This document shows positions 29,577-32,836 of a stretch of 32,836 bases of DNA, piece by piece. The notes under the pieces are model-generated. The model searched no databases and had not been told where the DNA came from. It saw only the letters and a program-made list of their open reading frames with translations. Origin of the DNA: Giardia intestinalis (lineage: Eukaryota); assembly GCA_000002435.2 (NCBI GenBank), contig AACB03000007.1. One strand, written 5' to 3'. The translations under genes were made by a program, and so were the position numbers. Position 1 is the first letter of the stretch; each line of letters begins with the position of its first letter.

Positions 29577-31427
29577 TCACGCCTTCCCCCTGCACACGAA
29601 CCACCAGCAGAGGAAGCCCACGAGGCCCCCCACGACAGCGATGACAGCCACGGAGATCCCTGCTATGGCACCAGTACTGAGGCCGCTTCTGTTGCCCCCG
29701 CTGGGCTTGGTGGACACGCACGCCTCACCCTCCAGCCTGTAGTCGTCCCCACACTGGCCGCACTTGTTCTCCTCGCTGCACCTGACGCACCCGTCGATAT
29801 TGCAGGCGATGCACTTCGTTCCGTCTGTGTTCGGCCTCTGGTCTTTACTGGTACAGGCCTCGCACTTACCGCCTGCTCCACAGTGCGAGCATCCGTCAAC
29901 GGTACATGCGAAGCACCCGCTCCCAGCCAGGTTGGGCTTGTTGTTGTTGGTACACGCTGTACACACAGCAGCAGTCATACCAGTCTCAGATGGAGCTGCT
30001 GGGGCCGTACATGCCGAACAGCCATCTACCCCCACATATGCCTTAGAGGTATCACCAGTGCCTACTAGTGTGCCAAGGGAGTTGCTACATGCCAATACAG
30101 ACTGATTCTGATTGGTTGCCCCAGGGACTATGAAGTACCTATTGTTGGCATTAACAGCGGTACAGACACCGTTGGCTGCTGTCTTGCACATGGACTTACC
30201 CGGCTGAGTTGACACACTATAGCAGCCTCCCATGTACAAGAAGTATCCTGTAGTACATGATGTACATGTATGATTGTTACAGTTATTCCCCTCTTTCTTT
30301 TCATTCCCAACACATAGTCCATTAATGGGGAACTCACTGTCCTTTCCACAGTATGAACAGTAGTGATGCTCCTTCCCTGTGTTGTCGATCACTATTGCAT
30401 CGCAGGCTCCAGAAGTACCACCACAAGCCGTGGGGTCTTCACAAGTCTTCTCACACGTGACCGCTCCTCCAGCCCCTACCTTCTTTTGGTAGTTCACCTT
30501 ACAAGAGTCACAAGTAAACGAGCCAGAGAGGGTGCACGTTGCACAGCCGGGCACTCCATCTGTCGGATCGTCGCATGGGACGCACTTCTTGGCCCCGTCA
30601 TTCTTTAAGAAAAACCCTGGCTTGCACTTTTCACAGGTATCTATAGCGCCTCCTGGCCCGCACTTTCCGCAATCGCCAGCGCACGCAACGCATACGGCGG
30701 GGTTACCGTTCCCGCTGTCGTAGTAGCCATCGAGGCACGTCTTGCATTCTGGCTTAGCGCCGTTCTTGCTGCAGGTCCCGCAACCGGGGCTTCCCTTGTT
30801 ATTATCTGTCTTGCTGCTATCGTTGCTACATAGTATGCATTCGGCATCTCCGTCGCTCAAGAAGTTCTCACCAGTTGCTCCGCTTTGAGTGCAGGTGCCG
30901 GCGTCTATACACGTAGTCGTCCCGTCGGCCTCTTCCTTGACTATCTTAGCTCCATTACATGCCGTGCACTTTGGGCCCCCAGTTGCCGGGTTGTACTCAC
31001 ACGTGGTGCAATCAGTTATTGCAGACGCCTTGCAGGTCATTGTCACAGGGTCAGCATAAGTGTTTCCAGTGCATCCATCACTATTCACGCATGCATTATC
31101 CTTCAGGAACGTATTTCCCTTACAAGAGGTACACTGGGTCGCCGATGTCTCACAGGTCAGACAAGTACCATCACATTTGGTACATGCCTGAGAGTCCATG
31201 TAGTACCCATCTTGACACTCGGTGCACGTGGCCGCTCCTGTATTGCCACCAGGTGCCGTGCACTTGAGACAGTTGGCCACTCCCTTGTTCTCATTCGCTC
31301 CTGTGGCATCATGACAGAGGATGCACTCCCCACCAGGGGTCACCTTGTCTGCCCCATTCTGGAATATGTACTGACTATCTGTATTACAAGCAGTGCATAC
31401 TCCATTACTGGCCTGTGTGCATATCAC
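29577..31427 (-). CDS. Unit 15: VSP paralog (616 codons, variant of type d). It is intact and has no ATG.
   Basis: The start is GTG (31425-31427) preceded by TAG. The N-terminus is ICTQASNGVCTACNTDSQYIFQNGADKVTPGGECILCHDATGANENKG. The centre diverges from other units (..CEYNPATGGPKCTACNGAKIVKEEADG..). The C-terminal module is as in unit 2. It ends CRGKA then stop. Confidence 0.85.
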   Translation of the reverse strand: MICTQASNGVCTACNTDSQYIFQNGADKVTPGGECILCHDATGANENKGVANCLKCTAPGGNTGAATCTECQDGYYMDSQACTKCDGTCLTCETSATQCTSCKGNTFLKDNACVNSDGCTGNTYADPVTMTCKASAITDCTTCEYNPATGGPKCTACNGAKIVKEEADGTTTCIDAGTCTQSGATGENFLSDGDAECILCSNDSSKTDNNKGSPGCGTCSKNGAKPECKTCLDGYYDSGNGNPAVCVACAGDCGKCGPGGAIDTCEKCKPGFFLKNDGAKKCVPCDDPTDGVPGCATCTLSGSFTCDSCKVNYQKKVGAGGAVTCEKTCEDPTACGGTSGACDAIVIDNTGKEHHYCSYCGKDSEFPINGLCVGNEKKEGNNCNNHTCTSCTTGYFLYMGGCYSVSTQPGKSMCKTAANGVCTAVNANNRYFIVPGATNQNQSVLACSNSLGTLVGTGDTSKAYVGVDGCSACTAPAAPSETGMTAAVCTACTNNNKPNLAGSGCFACTVDGCSHCGAGGKCEACTSKDQRPNTDGTKCIACNIDGCVRCSEENKCGQCGDDYRLEGEACVSTKPSGGNRSGLSTGAIAGISVAVIAVVGGLVGFLCWWFVCRGKA

Positions 31428-31484
31428 ACTCCACTATCATACTATCACCCTCTATCACACATTGTACAGCATTCACTACCCAAG
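31428..31484 (-). promoter_or_regulatory. Inter-VSP spacer (57 nt) with a poly(A) signal at 31471..31477.
   Basis: Same conserved spacer. Confidence 0.7.
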
Positions 31485-32836
31485 TCACGCCTTCCCCCTG
31501 CACACGAACCACCAGCAGAGGAAGCCCACGAGGCCCCCCACGACAGCGATGACAGCCACGGAGATCCCTGCTATGGCACCAGTACTGAGGCCGCTTCTGT
31601 TGCCCCCGCTGGGCTTGGTGGACACGCACGCCTCACCCTCCAGCCTGTAGTCGTCCCCGCACTGGCCGCACTTGTTCTCCTCGCTGCACCTGACGCACCC
31701 GTCGATATTGCAGGCGATGCACTTCGTTCCGTCTGTGTTCGGCCTCTGGTCTTTACTGGTACAGGCCTCGCACTTATCGCCTGCTCCACAGTGCGAGCAT
31801 CCGTCAACGGTACATGCGAAGCACCCGCTCCCAGCCAGGTTGGGCTTGTTGTTGTTGGTACACGCTGTACACACAGCAGCAGTCATACCAGTCTCAGATG
31901 GAGCTGCTGGGGCCGTACATGCCGAACAGCCATCTACCCCCACATATGCCTTAGAGGTATCACCAGTGCCTACTAGTGTGCCAAGGGAGTTGCTACATGC
32001 TAATACAGACTGATTCTGATTGGTTGCCCCAGGGACTACGAAGTACCTATTGTTGGCATTAACAGCAGTACAGACACCGTTGGCTGCTGTCTTGCACATA
32101 TGTTGTCCAGGTACTGTATCAACCTTGTAACAACCTCCCATATACAAGAAGTAGTTGTTAGTGCATTGTGTACATACACCTTGATCACATTGATTATTTG
32201 CTTTAGCACTATTACACTTCCCATCTATAGGATACGTATTAGCTTCTCCACAGTATGAGCAATAATGATGCTCTACACCCTTATCATCAATCACTATTGC
32301 ATCGCAGGCACCAGAAGTTCCTCCACAGGCAGTATCATCTTCACAGATCTTGGTGCATGTGACAGAGCCAGTACTGCCCTCCTTGCGATAGTTAGGCTTA
32401 CAGTCAGTGCACTTGAAAGCACCGTTGTTAGAGCAGACACTGCAGCCTTCGCGACCCTTATCGTCTACGCTATCGCATGGGACGCACTTCTTCCCCTGTT
32501 GATCTGTAGTAGTTACTAAGAAGTATCCAGTCTTGCAGGTTTCACACTTATTTGGATCACCAGCAACAGAGCATGTGGCACAGTTATCACCACACTTGTC
32601 TGTACATGTACTAGTACCACTATCAAAGAAGTATCCATCGAGACAGGCTGAGCAGGTTGGATTGTCACTTCCTGTTTTCGTACATGTCTTGCAGTTGGCC
32701 TTTCCTTCGTTACCAAGAGTTGAATCTGTCACATCACTACAAAGAGCACACGTTTTGTCCTCCTTCATAAATAAGGCCCTCGTCAGCGCCCCTCGCATCC
32801 TTCAAGCGTCTTCGCCACGCAGGTCGATGTCCCGTC
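31485..32836 (-). CDS. Unit 16: partial VSP paralog (type a). Its 5' end runs off the window, and it has two 1-nt homopolymer insertions near 32780-32800.
   Basis: ORF 31485..32798 ends CRGKA then stop. It is colinear with units 2 and 13 until 32775-32795, where it reads ggccct..gcccct versus ggcct..gccct in the other copies. These give the spurious reading MRGALTRALFMKEDK. Confidence 0.75.

Larger units (their letters stand above)
1..32836 (-). repeat. Higher-order segmental repeat of the VSP array. The period is about 10.55-10.65 kb. Long-type units are at 1.., 10272.. and 20823...
   Basis: Window position 1 aligns to 10654 and to 21205. The long double-core unit recurs three times, and each time four or five ~1.8 kb units follow it. 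Confidence 0.8.

Noticed and set aside
1-32836. Regularly spaced conserved about 60-bp elements that superficially resemble a CRISPR-like repeat-spacer layout.
   Set aside because: The 'spacers' are 1.8-3.1 kb protein-coding units. The conserved elements are intergenic 3'/5' junctions of a eukaryotic gene array.
1-32836. Assigning these units to other cysteine-rich families (EGF/furin-like repeats, high-cysteine membrane proteins, metazoan receptors).
   Set aside because: The CXXC spacing alone is generic. The invariant C-terminal TM plus CRGKA pentapeptide and the GGCY motif are specific to Giardia VSPs.

Overview
The whole 32.8 kb window is one head-to-tail tandem array of about 16 cysteine-rich surface-protein genes, all on the minus strand, and it is 95-97% coding. 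They belong to the Giardia variant-specific surface protein (VSP) family. Every unit ends with the family's C-terminal signature, a transmembrane helix [10 protein letters not shown](I/V)[14 protein letters not shown](V/I)CRGKA followed by TGA. Each carries dense CXXC/CXC spacing, one or two GGCY motifs, and a Giardia-type poly(A) signal (AGTGAAT, matching AGTRAAY) 7 nt after the stop. The sequence is therefore eukaryotic (diplomonad); species and assemblage cannot be determined from the sequence alone. Genes are separated by only 57-78 bp. Three things stand out. First, no unit has an ATG or a signal peptide at its 5' end. The reading frame opens directly after an in-frame TAG as W-S-(E/V)-I-C-T-[KAQ]-A, and the place where a signal-peptide exon would sit is occupied by a length-variable CACTATCA/TGATAG microsatellite-like tract that carries in-frame stops. 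A vestigial in-frame ATG CTG TAC AAT GTG TGA lies about 21 codons upstream. The supplied ORF track calls 'M' at GTG or TTG codons, which is an artefact for a eukaryote. Second, the units are modular mosaics. The N-terminal (~100 aa), central (~400 aa) and C-terminal (~120 aa) modules are recombined in different combinations between units, and paralogous segments are nearly 100% identical at the nucleotide level. Third, there is a higher-order segmental repeat of about 10.55-10.65 kb. A double-core long VSP of about 1022 aa recurs at 1.., 10272.. and 20823.., and the four or five ~1.8 kb units between the long units appear in a different order in each period. Several units carry single-base indels (units 1, 11, 12, 14 and 16) that could be real pseudogenisation or long-read assembly errors. 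Long plus-strand ORFs are antisense artefacts of the Cys/Thr/Gly-rich, stop-poor coding strand. Family assignment is high confidence. Whether these units are expressed genes, a silent cassette archive, or pseudogenes is inference and needs transcript or protein data.
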